A stretch of 64,000 nucleotides of DNA from Saprospiraceae bacterium (GCA_965230345.1 CBDDKR010000001.1:257079-321078), one strand, 5' to 3'; numbered from the stretch's first letter, positions 48,358 to 59,432 are shown. Translations and numbers: made by a program. Notes: generated by a model not told the origin, from the letters alone.

Positions 48358-49905
48358 TTAGTACACCATTATAGTCAAGGACTTTTTCTTTGATGTATTC
48401 TTAATATGATAAACACCATTTGACCAATTGGACAAGTCCAATTCAATGCTGTTCTTATCAACTTTCAGAGATTTAATCAACTGCCCCAGGTGTGAATAGA
48501 TGTGAATTACGTCATCAATTTCAGATTGAATATTAATCCTTTTATCCAATACAGGATTTGGGTATACACTAAATCTGTGATCCATTTCGAAGTAGCAAAA
48601 AACTGGATTTGAATATTCATATTTACCGTCTAGATCAATTTGTTTTAAACGATATGTATTGTTCCCTTGGGAAGGAGACTCATGTATGAAATTGTAGTCT
48701 ATTTGCTGTTCACTATTGATATGTCCTTCAATAATTCCTATTTGGTTATACTTATATCCATTTAGGCTGTGTTCAATTATAAAATGACTGCAATTTACCT
48801 CATTTACAGTGGTCCAATCAATAGAAACTATTGAATTACGTTGCTCAGCATTGATATAAAGATACTCGACTGGTAAGGGGACCTGGCATGTTGTATTTGT
48901 GGCTGCGTCTCCTACAAAAGACCACCCCAAAGAGGTTCTTGCTGGTACTGCATTAGTTCCATATTGTAAGCCTAAAACGTGGATCGATTTGGGATTTATA
49001 CCAGTGTAGTTGGATGCCCAACCAATAATAGATCCAGTGTAATTGCCACAATCGAGTCCTGAATTATTTAGAAAAGCAGCTAGAAAAGAACCTGCAGATA
49101 CAAAATCCCACGTGCCAATGTTCTGATTGAAAGACGAAGTATTTAAAAATGTGCTGGTGAAATCACTTACTCCTGATACATCCCATGAGCTCAAGTCTTG
49201 GTTAAACGATGTAGCATAGGCAAAGGTTGAATTTAGGGTTGTGGCACTAGAAACATCCCAAGTGTTAAGAGGTTGATCAAAGGCAGAAGCACTATTAAAT
49301 GTCGCTCTGAAGTTAGAAATGTTGGAGGTATTCCAATTACCAATTGGTTGGTTAAAACTTGATGCTCCATGAAACATACTTCTGATGTTGTCAATAGAAG
49401 ACATATTCCATGATCCAATATTACTCGGTCCATCTAAAGATGAACATTGGTAAAACATCTCAAAACAGGAACTAACACCAGAAAGATCAGGTAAGTCGGT
49501 AGCCGTAATGTCTAAGTTGCTGCATCCTTTGAATGCTTGCTCCATGCTGGTCCATTGTGCATTTCCCCATTGAGTAACTCTAGATAGGGCATCTGCATGC
49601 GGACCATTATTGATATAAAATCGCTCTAAATTTGTGGATTCAATCGTAAGTGTTACTGGTATATTTGGAACCATTAAAACATTAGATATTACGACTTGTC
49701 CACCTGCAGGCATATCAAATGACCCCATACCAGTAACTCCAATAGAATTCCAAGAATAGTTTACTGTTCCAGAAGTTTCCGCAAAGAAAGTTATAGAATC
49801 AGGTGGACTGGTATACTTCCATTGAGTAATAAAATCTTGAGCAAGTGTACAATTAATAGAAATTAATACGAATAGAATAGTACAAATAGGGTTAATAAAG
49901 TTCAT
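48358..49905 (-). CDS. BspA-like (DUF285) repeat surface protein with T9SS C-terminal sorting domain
   Basis: Tandem ~25-aa repeats of the form F..AS.FNQ.L..WDVS...... (e.g. SSFNQPIGNWNTSNISNF, SAFDQPLNTWDVSSATTL, TSFNQDLSSWDVSGVSDF). The C-terminal domain reads VYPNPVLDKRINIQ...GVYHIKN...LTIMVY. Confidence 0.8.
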   Translation of the reverse strand: MNFINPICTILFVLISINCTLAQDFITQWKYTSPPDSITFFAETSGTVNYSWNSIGVTGMGSFDMPAGGQVVISNVLMVPNIPVTLTIESTNLERFYINNGPHADALSRVTQWGNAQWTSMEQAFKGCSNLDITATDLPDLSGVSSCFEMFYQCSSLDGPSNIGSWNMSSIDNIRSMFHGASSFNQPIGNWNTSNISNFRATFNSASAFDQPLNTWDVSSATTLNSTFAYATSFNQDLSSWDVSGVSDFTSTFLNTSSFNQNIGTWDFVSAGSFLAAFLNNSGLDCGNYTGSIIGWASNYTGINPKSIHVLGLQYGTNAVPARTSLGWSFVGDAATNTTCQVPLPVEYLYINAEQRNSIVSIDWTTVNEVNCSHFIIEHSLNGYKYNQIGIIEGHINSEQQIDYNFIHESPSQGNNTYRLKQIDLDGKYEYSNPVFCYFEMDHRFSVYPNPVLDKRINIQSEIDDVIHIYSHLGQLIKSLKVDKNSIELDLSNWSNGVYHIKNTSKKKSLTIMVY

Positions 49906-50238
49906 GTTTTGACCAGTTTAAGCATTCCACATAGCAATTTGACGTCATCAGTTTAGATATCAAATTGAAAATTTCAAATTAATGCTGTAATTGACAGCAA
50001 TAGGTCTATTCTATATCATTTATTTTATCTGGATGAAATCCAAATAATTCAGAAGTTGGTCAGTTGAAGTATACCAAAAATTGTAATTTTAAAGCCTTTA
50101 ATACAAACAATTGGTGATGCTAATATAAAAAAAGAAAAGAGGACTATCCAAAATTAATAATGATATTTGATTTTAAATGAAGAATATATGTTGTTTAGTA
50201 CGAGTTAGTAAAAAATAATGTACACATATTATTGGTAT

Positions 50239-52902
50239 TTAAAATGTGTTCTGATCATAATCGTACTTTAAGAAACTCAATGCCGATGATTTTACTCCGA
50301 TGAAGAAATTGTAAACTTTTGAAGATGGATGCCAACCGAAGTTCATCGTCCAACAATGTAGATCTCTTTCAAAACCTAAAGAGGGGTAGACCAATTTTTT
50401 GGTTTTTAGATTGTATGAAATGTTGCTTAAGTTGATGTTCCAATTCTTTGTTAGTGGAATTCTTCCCCGTATCCCAAGAGTATGGGTAGTTTCTCTAATC
50501 TCATTTATACCGAGTCCCTTTCTTCTGATTTCCAATTGGTAGTTGTGAGAAATACTAAAATTGTCAATTACTCCAATAAGAGATAGATTGGTATTGGAAG
50601 AAGAATCATTATTTTGGGATGCATTAGAATCAATTTTCCCAGAGAGGATTTCTACAATTCGCTTCACAGTTATTCCCGAATTTAAACCCAGACGGAACTG
50701 TTTAAATTGTAATGGGAATTTATTATTGTCAAGTAAGAATGAATTGTATTCATTCCCATTTTCATCGATTTCATAGAAGGTATTAATGAGTGTCAAATCC
50801 AAATTTGAAATTCCCCACAAGACCCGTGTATTCGTTCTTAATGTTGTATTACTCCAGTTTAAGGAATCCTTAGCAATATTATAATTTCCTGAAAACGTAA
50901 GATTTTGAAAAATCTTGAAATTTTTAGAAGTTGAGTCTTTCTTGCTCCAATATTTAGCTTCTAACGTATTATTAAAACGGTAGTTTATAGAAAGTCCACG
51001 ATCTCTTAGATTAGATGAATAAGGACTAGATGGGATAGGATTGTAGGCTTGAATTCTATTGTACTCATCTCTAGTATCTGATTCTACGTAACGTTCGTAA
51101 ACATTTCTTGTAGACGGATTGTAGTTGAATGAAATACTTGGTTTAATAATATGTCTAATACCTCTAATAAATCCTTTTTTGAATCGCATTGTTCCAAACA
51201 ATTGTGTATTTATAGAAGTAGAAAAATCAACTTCACGAAATGCGATGGGGTCTATTACTAATTCTTCATGAATCTTTCCGAAGGTAGTATCTAAGGTGAA
51301 CTCAGTAAGTGTAGTATCCACGTATATGGTGTCATAGAGTAGTGTAGGGTCAAAGTACTTTTCGTTTCTCTTTAAATTGTATACTTCGTTGTACCTGATT
51401 CGAGGAGATATATTGAAGTATTTGAATATTTTTGAATTATAGGCTACTGTAGCCGTATGATTAAAGCCTGCAGTAAGTTTGTCAATGGTTTCTTGTTCAA
51501 ATAATGTAGTATCTGTAGTAACTGTTCTACTCTTGAATTTAGCATTGTAGTCTAAGCTTATGTCTTCATACCATTTTCTGTCGCCAACTTGATTTTTTCT
51601 TTTGAAGGGATTAATGGTAGTCATATTTAAGGTGGCACTGGGTAAGGTAACATCCACTACATTGGTATTAGTATTTTGGGAATGCTCGAATCCAATTCCA
51701 AGTTTAAAAGGTGAATCTGGAAACTTATAATTCAAACTAAAACTTGACCTATATTGGTTGGTTAATACAGATTTAGCGTCATTTTGCGATCTTCGGTTGT
51801 GTTGATTACTGGATATATCAATTAGACCACCAATAGTTCTGTACGGGTGAGCCTTGGCATCTTGAGTATGTTTTAAGTAAACCGAAAATGATTTTGCGCT
51901 ATTCACTTTACCCTCATTATTCTCTATAAGCTCATTTCTGTAGCCCAAATTGAAATTACCTTGATAGAGGTACCTTTTTTTATAGTTCGAATGAACTCTT
52001 ACAGCATGAGTTCCTCTGGTATATATGTCTCCGGTAATGCGTAGATCTATATAATCGTTAATAGGGAAATAATATCCTATCTCTCGTAATCCAAAGCCAA
52101 GATTTCCATTGTATTCATAGTTTTGTGGAAAAATTAAACCAGATGATTGTCCCTGGATTAAGGGTAAAAATCCAAAGGGTAAAACGATGGGTGTAGGTAC
52201 ACCACTCAACACCAATTGAGAGGGCCCCATAACGGCATATTTATCCGGAATAAATTTGAGTCTTTTGGTATAGATACCAAAATGAGGATGGTCCAAGTTG
52301 CATGTAGTAATGATGGCCTTTTCATTGAATATCTTATCGTGGTTGTAAATGCTATCATTTACACCACTTACAAATTTTGATTTTTCGCCGAGTATATGAA
52401 ATTCGCCTTCTTTCGATTTTAGATTTTTGGCAAAGCCCTTTTGATTGTCAAATTTATATGCTAATTCGTGATACGTGGCCGATGTAGCGCCATCGGAAAA
52501 ATCTCCTCTTACTATATCTCCGTTATCTAATTTCTTCGCCCAACCTTTGGCCAATTTACTTTGGAAATTAATTACAATTTTGTCTGCCTTGATTTGTGAT
52601 TGTTCGTATTGGACATCGGCATCGGTAAACAGGCTTATTTCTTTAGTTTTTACATCTGTAATATTGGAATCTAACGCATTATAGACTATTTTTTTGTCAA
52701 TAGCATCTTTAGATATTTTGTATCCTAATTTGGCTGTTTGAGGCAGACTAGAAGAGTCAGGTGAAGGCGTTGTTAGGCTATCTTTCACTATTAGATTGAG
52801 TGTATCCGATTTGATCATTATACTATCAGGAGTAGTCTGTCCAAAACATATCGAACTTACTAAGCAAAACAAAATACTATATAACCAACTATTCGAATTC
52901 AC
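50239..52902 (-). CDS. Large outer-membrane protein, putative LPS-assembly protein LptD
   Basis: 887 aa with a signal peptide. It has an OstA-like N-terminal region (ADVQYEQSQIKADKIVINF) and a long beta-barrel-like region. Size and layout are typical of Bacteroidota LptD candidates. Confidence 0.55.
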   Translation of the reverse strand: MNSNSWLYSILFCLVSSICFGQTTPDSIMIKSDTLNLIVKDSLTTPSPDSSSLPQTAKLGYKISKDAIDKKIVYNALDSNITDVKTKEISLFTDADVQYEQSQIKADKIVINFQSKLAKGWAKKLDNGDIVRGDFSDGATSATYHELAYKFDNQKGFAKNLKSKEGEFHILGEKSKFVSGVNDSIYNHDKIFNEKAIITTCNLDHPHFGIYTKRLKFIPDKYAVMGPSQLVLSGVPTPIVLPFGFLPLIQGQSSGLIFPQNYEYNGNLGFGLREIGYYFPINDYIDLRITGDIYTRGTHAVRVHSNYKKRYLYQGNFNLGYRNELIENNEGKVNSAKSFSVYLKHTQDAKAHPYRTIGGLIDISSNQHNRRSQNDAKSVLTNQYRSSFSLNYKFPDSPFKLGIGFEHSQNTNTNVVDVTLPSATLNMTTINPFKRKNQVGDRKWYEDISLDYNAKFKSRTVTTDTTLFEQETIDKLTAGFNHTATVAYNSKIFKYFNISPRIRYNEVYNLKRNEKYFDPTLLYDTIYVDTTLTEFTLDTTFGKIHEELVIDPIAFREVDFSTSINTQLFGTMRFKKGFIRGIRHIIKPSISFNYNPSTRNVYERYVESDTRDEYNRIQAYNPIPSSPYSSNLRDRGLSINYRFNNTLEAKYWSKKDSTSKNFKIFQNLTFSGNYNIAKDSLNWSNTTLRTNTRVLWGISNLDLTLINTFYEIDENGNEYNSFLLDNNKFPLQFKQFRLGLNSGITVKRIVEILSGKIDSNASQNNDSSSNTNLSLIGVIDNFSISHNYQLEIRRKGLGINEIRETTHTLGIRGRIPLTKNWNINLSNISYNLKTKKLVYPSLGFERDLHCWTMNFGWHPSSKVYNFFIGVKSSALSFLKYDYDQNTF

Positions 52903-53340
52903 AATACGTTACAATATGAATTAAAGCATATTTAATTTAAGAGATATACAATTTAAAGTGCACCAGATAATATAAAAACGTACATAATGGCATGCTTGTT
53001 ACGATTGAAAACCTGAAGACAAGTGTGTTGTTTTTATACATAAATTTCTAACAAATTCTTTGAACACTCATTGAAATTCAGTGAATCGAATAATGCTTTA
53101 AAATATCTAATAATCACTTTTTTTGATTTAATACATTAAAAACGGATATACCAGTCAATATTATGCAATATATAAGAGATATTTATAGAATTGATTTAAA
53201 AAGATAAACAAGTTAATGCTCAGATTAAGTCAAAAAAATCTATTCCCAATCTATGTTATGAGAATAGAGTGTAAAACTTGTTTACAATGATTTGTGCAAT
53301 AAAGATCAATGTGATTCTAAATCATTTATAAATGGGATAT

Positions 53341-53371
53341 AAAAAAAAGGCTTCACGAGGAAGCCTTTTTT
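53341..53371 (-). terminator. Intrinsic terminator directly after the 53372..54763 gene
   Basis: Minus strand reads aaaaaaggcttc-ctcgt-gaagccttttttttt. The ggcttc/gaagcc stem is extended by A/T pairs and followed by a long T-run. Confidence 0.75.
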
Positions 53372-54763
53372 CTATTTCTTAGCAGGACTCTTTCTTTTTG
53401 TTTTAAAGAGATTAACTACTTCCTTATCAGTTAGGAACCCAAGGTCTTTAAATGTTGCAGAGATATATTTTTTAAGATCTTGATAGTCACGACTTTTCTT
53501 GTCTGTATAACGTAACATAAACCTTTTTACAAAATCTAAGCTGACGTCTTTGACCTCTTGGTTGAATTTTTCGTTATTGAATATACCTATGTAAGCTATA
53601 ATGATTTTGTTGATTTCCATGTAATCGGCATAATTTTCTGGGTCTAAATTGGAAATAAACTTTTTTACATAACTCAATATAGATGCTCGTAAACATTCAT
53701 TTTGCAAGGACATTCCTTGGTGCTTTTCGTAATATGAACTTACTGAATCAATGGCTTCTACATGGATAAACCCTTTAGAGTGAACTTCATTAACTACGCT
53801 GAAAAATTTATCAATTTCTTGACTTCCAATTCCTGATAATAATTTTGAAATTCGTTGTTCTTTCTCAGGCGTCATAACGACATCTTCATCTTCATGAAGT
53901 CTTTCGTATTCCTCGAAGAAACTCTCTTCTAAGTTTTCATTGTTCTTAATGAATGCAGCAAAAATCTCTGAATACTTTTTAGCAGTATCAGTGTCTAAAT
54001 CATAAGACAATCCGATGATAAGATGAAGCTTGAAAAAATACTCTGATGAATAAAGCACTTCATTGTTCAAAAATGATGAAACTTGTCCCATCAATTCCGA
54101 ATTATCTACGTTGTGGTTTGCACGATAATTTAGAAATGTTCTTAAAGCATGATAAGAAGACTTCAATTCGATCTCATTCGCAGGGAATTGAGTTGAAGCA
54201 AAATTGACTTTATTCAGTTGTTTTTTATATCTCTTATACAGGATTTCTCTATTCTGAACTTCTCTAAGAGACCTCACCTTTAGAGAGTTTAAGAAAGTTT
54301 TAATTCTTTTGTTGTTTTGTCCATTGATTAGGTTGGTAATCCAAATATCACTTGATAAGGCAAAACCAAGTTGTACAGTCTGACCAATTCTCTTTTTAAT
54401 CATTTCAAAGTTTGCAGAATTACAAATAGCTTCTAGAATTTCTTTAAAATGATCTTGAGGTCTTCGGTATTTAAAATTATCATCGACCTCTCCACGTAAT
54501 ACAGAGTAACCTAAGATCTTAGGTAAAAACAAACCTTCATAAGCAGGATCCAAATATTCTTTTTCAAGAGCCTCTAATTGGAGTGGATTACTGTTAGCGA
54601 CTTCATCGAATACTTCTTGCATCGCAGGTTCAAAATACTCTTGCAATTGTTTGTAGTATTCTTCTTCCTCTTCTTCCAAATATGCTGCAAGAATTTCAGA
54701 ATCTTGAATGGCATTTTTAATAGCCTCTAAATGGTCAAAGTATCTACTGTCTAAAGTTTCCAT
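53372..54763 (-). CDS. Hypothetical cytoplasmic, helix-rich acidic protein (463 aa)
   Basis: Clean ORF with its own terminator and no signal peptide or TM helix. It has an EEEEEE tract and a basic C-terminal tail (KTKRKSPAKK). No family recognised. Confidence 0.55.
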   Translation of the reverse strand: METLDSRYFDHLEAIKNAIQDSEILAAYLEEEEEEYYKQLQEYFEPAMQEVFDEVANSNPLQLEALEKEYLDPAYEGLFLPKILGYSVLRGEVDDNFKYRRPQDHFKEILEAICNSANFEMIKKRIGQTVQLGFALSSDIWITNLINGQNNKRIKTFLNSLKVRSLREVQNREILYKRYKKQLNKVNFASTQFPANEIELKSSYHALRTFLNYRANHNVDNSELMGQVSSFLNNEVLYSSEYFFKLHLIIGLSYDLDTDTAKKYSEIFAAFIKNNENLEESFFEEYERLHEDEDVVMTPEKEQRISKLLSGIGSQEIDKFFSVVNEVHSKGFIHVEAIDSVSSYYEKHQGMSLQNECLRASILSYVKKFISNLDPENYADYMEINKIIIAYIGIFNNEKFNQEVKDVSLDFVKRFMLRYTDKKSRDYQDLKKYISATFKDLGFLTDKEVVNLFKTKRKSPAKK

Positions 54764-54827
54764 TTTGAATGATTTGTTGTATGATTAAATTACGTGAGTA
54801 ATATGCTTTTTAATTAAGAAACCTGAT

Positions 54828-54864
54828 AAAGCAATCAAATCTTTATCAGGTTTCTATATAATCG
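54828..54864 (-). terminator. Strong hairpin downstream of rpsP (terminator or attenuator)
   Basis: gaaacctgataaag (54828-54841) pairs perfectly with ctttatcaggtttc (54851-54864), a 14-bp stem. On the minus strand only a short UUAAUU tract follows. Confidence 0.45.
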
Positions 54865-54931
54865 TCTTATATTTTTATCTACTGTAAAGCATCATAACGA
54901 GATGCGACAGCAGAAAATTGTCTTTCTCAGA

Positions 54932-55411
54932 CTATTCTTCTTCCGAATCGGCTCTAAATGCTGCTTGATCTTCTTCTGAAGCTGCTTCAACTTTTTTAGC
55001 TGGTGCTGTACCAGAAACCATAGCAAGGAAAGCAAGTTTTTCCTGTCTGGTTTTTTCAAATCTTGCTGCTATTTTTGCTTCCTTCTTTTCGATGAATTCT
55101 GCAAGCAATTGATCTGCTTTTTCCTGAGTCAAAGCGCCTTTTTTAACACCTCTTTGAAGGTGTTTTTTGTAAAGTACTCCTTTAAATTTAAGAATAGCAT
55201 TTACGGTGTCCGTAGGAATAACTCCTTTAGTTAACCAGTCGTACGCTTTTTCTCTATCTAATTCGATTGTCGCAGGAACTGTAGTAGGATTGTAAGATCC
55301 AATTTTTTCGATAAATTTACCATCTCTTGGTGCTCTTGCATCTGCAATAATGATATGGTAAAATGGTGCTTTTTTACGACCTCTTCGGGCCAAACGCATT
55401 TTAACTGCCAT
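54932..55411 (-). CDS. rpsP: 30S ribosomal protein S16 (with extended C-terminal tail)
   Basis: MAVKMRLARRGRKKAPFYHIIIADARAPRDGKFIEKIGSYNP. The extra ~75-aa Lys/Ala/Glu-rich tail is common in Bacteroidota S16. Confidence 0.96.
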   Translation of the reverse strand: MAVKMRLARRGRKKAPFYHIIIADARAPRDGKFIEKIGSYNPTTVPATIELDREKAYDWLTKGVIPTDTVNAILKFKGVLYKKHLQRGVKKGALTQEKADQLLAEFIEKKEAKIAARFEKTRQEKLAFLAMVSGTAPAKKVEAASEEDQAAFRADSEEE

Positions 55412-55485
55412 TTTATGTTAAAATTTATAATGATATAATCAAACCCAGACCCTCTGAAAACAAGCTCTCTAGGTTTTTAACGGCG

Positions 55486-55493
55486 CAAAGATA
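55486..55493 (-). promoter_or_regulatory. TAtcTTTG -7 promoter element for rpsP
   Basis: The minus strand reads tatctttgcgcc about 75 nt upstream of the rpsP ATG. Confidence 0.4.
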
Positions 55494-55674
55494 AAAAATT
55501 AATGTAAATAATCAACTAATATGTTTCGGTTTGCATGGGTTTTGTTTTTATACAGAATTCAACTTTTCGAATTACTTGAATCACAAAAGACGTACTATTC
55601 AATTGTAGAAACTGGATTTATTAAAATGAGCTGTCAAATTGTTATATTGATACCCTAAATATAAAACCATTACA

Positions 55675-57030
55675 TTGAAGAATAGCATTACATTCATATT
55701 GTTGTTAACATCTATCGAAATTTTTTCGCAATCTAGACAGATTATTGGGACTGTTATTTCCCATGCTGAAGATCCTTTGTCAGGGGCCCATATATTAGTG
55801 AATGAGGAATTAGGTGCCTTTACAGATGGTAATGGACAATTTTTGTTGGAAATTGAAGATTCACTGGATTCCATTTCTATTTATATAAGCATGTTGGGAT
55901 ATGAACCAATTGACACTTTAGTGGCATCTCGGTCTTCAAAAACTTATATCGATTTCTACATGCGCCCAATGTCGTATGTGCAAGATGAAGTAGTAGTTAA
56001 GGGAAGTGTTAGACAAGATTTATTCCATCGCACAGATTGGGTTATATTGGATTTGATAACTCAGGGATCTACAATATTTGTACTTCATTTAGAAGGTCGA
56101 TCAAGGTACATATCTGTTTATAGTGCAAATGGAATTCTACAGGAACAAGTTGAAGTGGATGGTGAGTTCAGTTGTTTTAAACGGGCTTGTACCGGAAGTA
56201 TCTATCTTGAAGGAAAAGAACATTATTTGAAAATTAGAAATGAAGTAAATGATCCTATTTTAACTGAAAAGGGAAGGATGAAAGAATACCTAAAAGTCAT
56301 TTCTCCTTGTGCTTTAAAATTAAATAATCACTATGTATTTAAAAGTTTTACGGCTCACAATAAAATAGTGGATTATTTCTATTATTCTAAGCAAAAGAAA
56401 CAAGAGTTACTATTAAGTATAAAAGATGAAGAGAGGAGAAAAGTTGCACAATCTTATTATAGCGACATTATTCGGATGTATTACTTGGCATCCTACAGTC
56501 CTGAGGAAGGTGCAATTGATGAAGGTTTTGAAAGAGAAAATATCATAAGCAATGGTGAGTGGACTGGTGATTTAAAAGATTTAGCCATTACTAATGATTT
56601 GTTGTTTGCTGTCGGTTACTATTTGCAGATTGAAAACCAACCCATAAGTACTTTAGAGTTTAAAAATGGAAAGCAAGGTGTAGTATTGGATTTTGTTAAC
56701 GAGAAAGGTTATCGTATCGATCCTCATACACTCAATCTTGAACATTTAGAAATATGTACATCTATGGAATGGAGAAAAATGAATAGTCATCAGGTTATTT
56801 ATGATGTTTTGAATGAGAAAGTCTATGTTATGAATGATCAAAAGGAATTGTATCGCATTGTTCTCGAGCAAAATGAACTTTGTATGACTTTTATACTTGC
56901 CCTAGACGATAATGCAAATTTTCCTAAGCATTTTGAGATCATTGGTGATCAACTGTTTTACATAGATCAACCTGATAGGACATTACCCTATTCTAAAATG
57001 AACGTTGTTGATATTGAAATAGGTAATTGA
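55675..57030 (+). CDS. Hypothetical secreted protein with N-terminal carboxypeptidase-regulatory-like domain
   Basis: TTG start and signal peptide MKNSITFILLLTSIEIFSQ. IIGTVISHAEDPLSGAHILVNE..GAFTDGNGQFLL is CarboxypepD_reg-like. The remainder is unrecognised. Confidence 0.55.
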   Translation: MKNSITFILLLTSIEIFSQSRQIIGTVISHAEDPLSGAHILVNEELGAFTDGNGQFLLEIEDSLDSISIYISMLGYEPIDTLVASRSSKTYIDFYMRPMSYVQDEVVVKGSVRQDLFHRTDWVILDLITQGSTIFVLHLEGRSRYISVYSANGILQEQVEVDGEFSCFKRACTGSIYLEGKEHYLKIRNEVNDPILTEKGRMKEYLKVISPCALKLNNHYVFKSFTAHNKIVDYFYYSKQKKQELLLSIKDEERRKVAQSYYSDIIRMYYLASYSPEEGAIDEGFERENIISNGEWTGDLKDLAITNDLLFAVGYYLQIENQPISTLEFKNGKQGVVLDFVNEKGYRIDPHTLNLEHLEICTSMEWRKMNSHQVIYDVLNEKVYVMNDQKELYRIVLEQNELCMTFILALDDNANFPKHFEIIGDQLFYIDQPDRTLPYSKMNVVDIEIGN

Positions 57031-57081
57031 TTTGATTGTCAGTTGTGAAATCTTCGATTTGGTGGAGGAAATAGAGATGAT

Positions 57082-57121
57082 AAAAAAAAGACAGCCCATT
57101 TAAGCGGACTGTCTTTTTTTA
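57082..57121. terminator. Bidirectional terminator between convergent genes
   Basis: An A-run is followed by the imperfect stem gacagcc...ggactgtc and then a T-run. Confidence 0.65.
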
Positions 57122-59416
57122 TTACCAGTAAAACTTAACACCTACACTCGGAAGGATAGGGAGTTGATCTACTCGGCTATATCTGACTCTATCGAAATAG
57201 AAAATGTTAGGTCTATCGTATGCATTGGTGACAGAAACATTTATTTCTAAACCAGTGTGCTTCGAAAACTGAATCTTTTTAGTTGCTGAGATATCCAAAC
57301 GGTGATAGTATGGTAATCTTCCTGCATTTCGATCTTCAGAAAAGATGATTCCAATTTCCTCTGGATTAGAGGTTAAGTAATCCGTTTGAACACCTTTCCC
57401 AAAATAAATATTATTGTAAAAACCTTTTGTTTGCGTGAATGGGAAACCACTTCCCATATTCCATCTAACACTTATTTGGAGGTTTCCTTTTTTGTCTATA
57501 TTATAAGTTCCTAAAAGGTTCAGGTTGTGTCTTCTATCAAATACTGTAGGGTAGACTTGTTCTCCATCATCGCGATTAACAAAACCGTACGTATACGTTG
57601 CCCACAAATAATAAGAAGGCTGTTCAAATTTTGCCGATAATTCAGCACCATAGGCTTCTCCTGTCTCAAATGCGTAATCTGATTGACTAGCATCAATTTT
57701 ATTTCTATTTACACCAATCAATTGGTTATATGATTTCAGGTAACCTTCAACATTTAATTGTAAATTTTCCAAAACATCAAATTCAAAACCTCCGACTAAG
57801 TGTCTAGCTTTCTGAAGATTGTCATCAAGTTTTTTACCATCAAAATCATAAATTCTTCCTTCAGGGCCTGTTAGGAAACCTGAAAATAGATTCACAACAT
57901 CTTTATCTGAAGCAGTACTTAGCACGTTTTGAGAGTAAAATCCAGCTCCCACTTTGAATCGTACATTGTCATGAAAATTGTATTTTAAACCTAACCTAGG
58001 CTCAGGAGAAAATACTCTTTGCGATGCATAGTACATGATTCTTATTGAAGGTTCGAAAACTAGATTTCCCCACTTTTTTCGATACTTCATAAAGGTAGAA
58101 GCCTCAGTTGTGTTTTGTTCTTGACTAAGTTTAATGTCAAATGGATTGACGAAGTCAAACTCTGTTCTCATTCCGTTTAATTCGAATCCGTATTTTAGTT
58201 CACTTTCATTCCCAAAATATGTGAAGTCGATGCTTGCTCCAAATTCTCTTATACCGCTGCTTCTAGCATCACCATCTTCATCTATGTCAATATCATACTG
58301 CGTAAATCCTACCAAACCATTAATGATAAGACTACTGGTAGATGGAATCAAAGTGAAACTACTTCCAATACCTGTATTTCCCCAACCAATATTGGCAATT
58401 GACGGATCATTATACCTATCATTAAAATTGAATCCAAAGAAATTGAATTTTGACCCTCCTGCAGAAACGTGAGAAATCTTTCCATAGATATCTGTAAAAT
58501 CAAATGGAAGTCCAACATCTTCATCTTGGGCTGCATACTTATACAAAGTCTTTGAAGTCCTATCAATGATGGATTTTTTTCCGGTAAGAACTATAGAAGT
58601 TGATCCCTCTCCTTCTTTAAACTTACGAATTGGGCCTTCTAACATTAATTTACCCATAAATGGAGTGAAAGAAGTGTACCCTGAGAGTTTAGATTTGTCA
58701 CCCTCTCTTGTCTTAATGTCTACAATTGCGGATACTCTTCCACCATATTCAGCATTAAATCCCCCTGTAAATACATCTACATTCCTGATTAATTCAGTCT
58801 CAAACACGGAGTAGAATCCAAGTGAGTGGAACGGATTATAAATATTTAGACCGTCAAGTAAAATTTTATTTTGTACCGGACTACCTCCTCGAATGTAGAT
58901 TTGTCCCCCTTGATCTCCTGTTGAAACTACTCCTGGTAAAACTTGAAGATATTGTGCGATATCAGCTTCACCACCAACGGAAGGCAAAGCCTTGATTTGT
59001 TTAGGAGTAACCGATATTTTAGATACTTGAACTTCTGACCTTGCACTTAGTTTTTTAGCTGAAACGTTTATCGTTCCAATATTAATACCTCCTTCCTGTA
59101 AGTAAAAAGACTGATTGATAATACTTGAAGGTCGTACAACTATTTTTTCTGATACGGTATCATAACCAATATAGGTGGCTGTAACCGTATATTCTCCTTC
59201 TGGAACTTCTGCTATAGTATAAAATCCATTAAAGTCAGTATTGGTCCCTATCGTAGTACCTTCTAAGTATACATTTCCATAAAGGATTGGTTCTCCTGTG
59301 GCTTTGTCATAGAGGTATCCTCGAATAGATCCTTTCTGTGCATAGGTAGAAGTGATGCATAGTATGGCAAATATTACAAAGTGAATCGCTCTTTTATATG
59401 TCATTTTTGTTTGCAT
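57122..59416 (-). CDS. TonB-dependent receptor (CarboxypepD_reg + plug + barrel)
   Basis: GSIRGYLYDKATGEPILYGNVYLEGT..GTNTDFNGFYTI, plug region GGEADIAQYLQVLPGV...IRGGSPVQNKILLDGLNIYNPFH, and terminal VGVKFYW. Confidence 0.9.
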   Translation of the reverse strand: MQTKMTYKRAIHFVIFAILCITSTYAQKGSIRGYLYDKATGEPILYGNVYLEGTTIGTNTDFNGFYTIAEVPEGEYTVTATYIGYDTVSEKIVVRPSSIINQSFYLQEGGINIGTINVSAKKLSARSEVQVSKISVTPKQIKALPSVGGEADIAQYLQVLPGVVSTGDQGGQIYIRGGSPVQNKILLDGLNIYNPFHSLGFYSVFETELIRNVDVFTGGFNAEYGGRVSAIVDIKTREGDKSKLSGYTSFTPFMGKLMLEGPIRKFKEGEGSTSIVLTGKKSIIDRTSKTLYKYAAQDEDVGLPFDFTDIYGKISHVSAGGSKFNFFGFNFNDRYNDPSIANIGWGNTGIGSSFTLIPSTSSLIINGLVGFTQYDIDIDEDGDARSSGIREFGASIDFTYFGNESELKYGFELNGMRTEFDFVNPFDIKLSQEQNTTEASTFMKYRKKWGNLVFEPSIRIMYYASQRVFSPEPRLGLKYNFHDNVRFKVGAGFYSQNVLSTASDKDVVNLFSGFLTGPEGRIYDFDGKKLDDNLQKARHLVGGFEFDVLENLQLNVEGYLKSYNQLIGVNRNKIDASQSDYAFETGEAYGAELSAKFEQPSYYLWATYTYGFVNRDDGEQVYPTVFDRRHNLNLLGTYNIDKKGNLQISVRWNMGSGFPFTQTKGFYNNIYFGKGVQTDYLTSNPEEIGIIFSEDRNAGRLPYYHRLDISATKKIQFSKHTGLEINVSVTNAYDRPNIFYFDRVRYSRVDQLPILPSVGVKFYW

Positions 59417-59432
59417 TTCTTGTGAGAATGCG

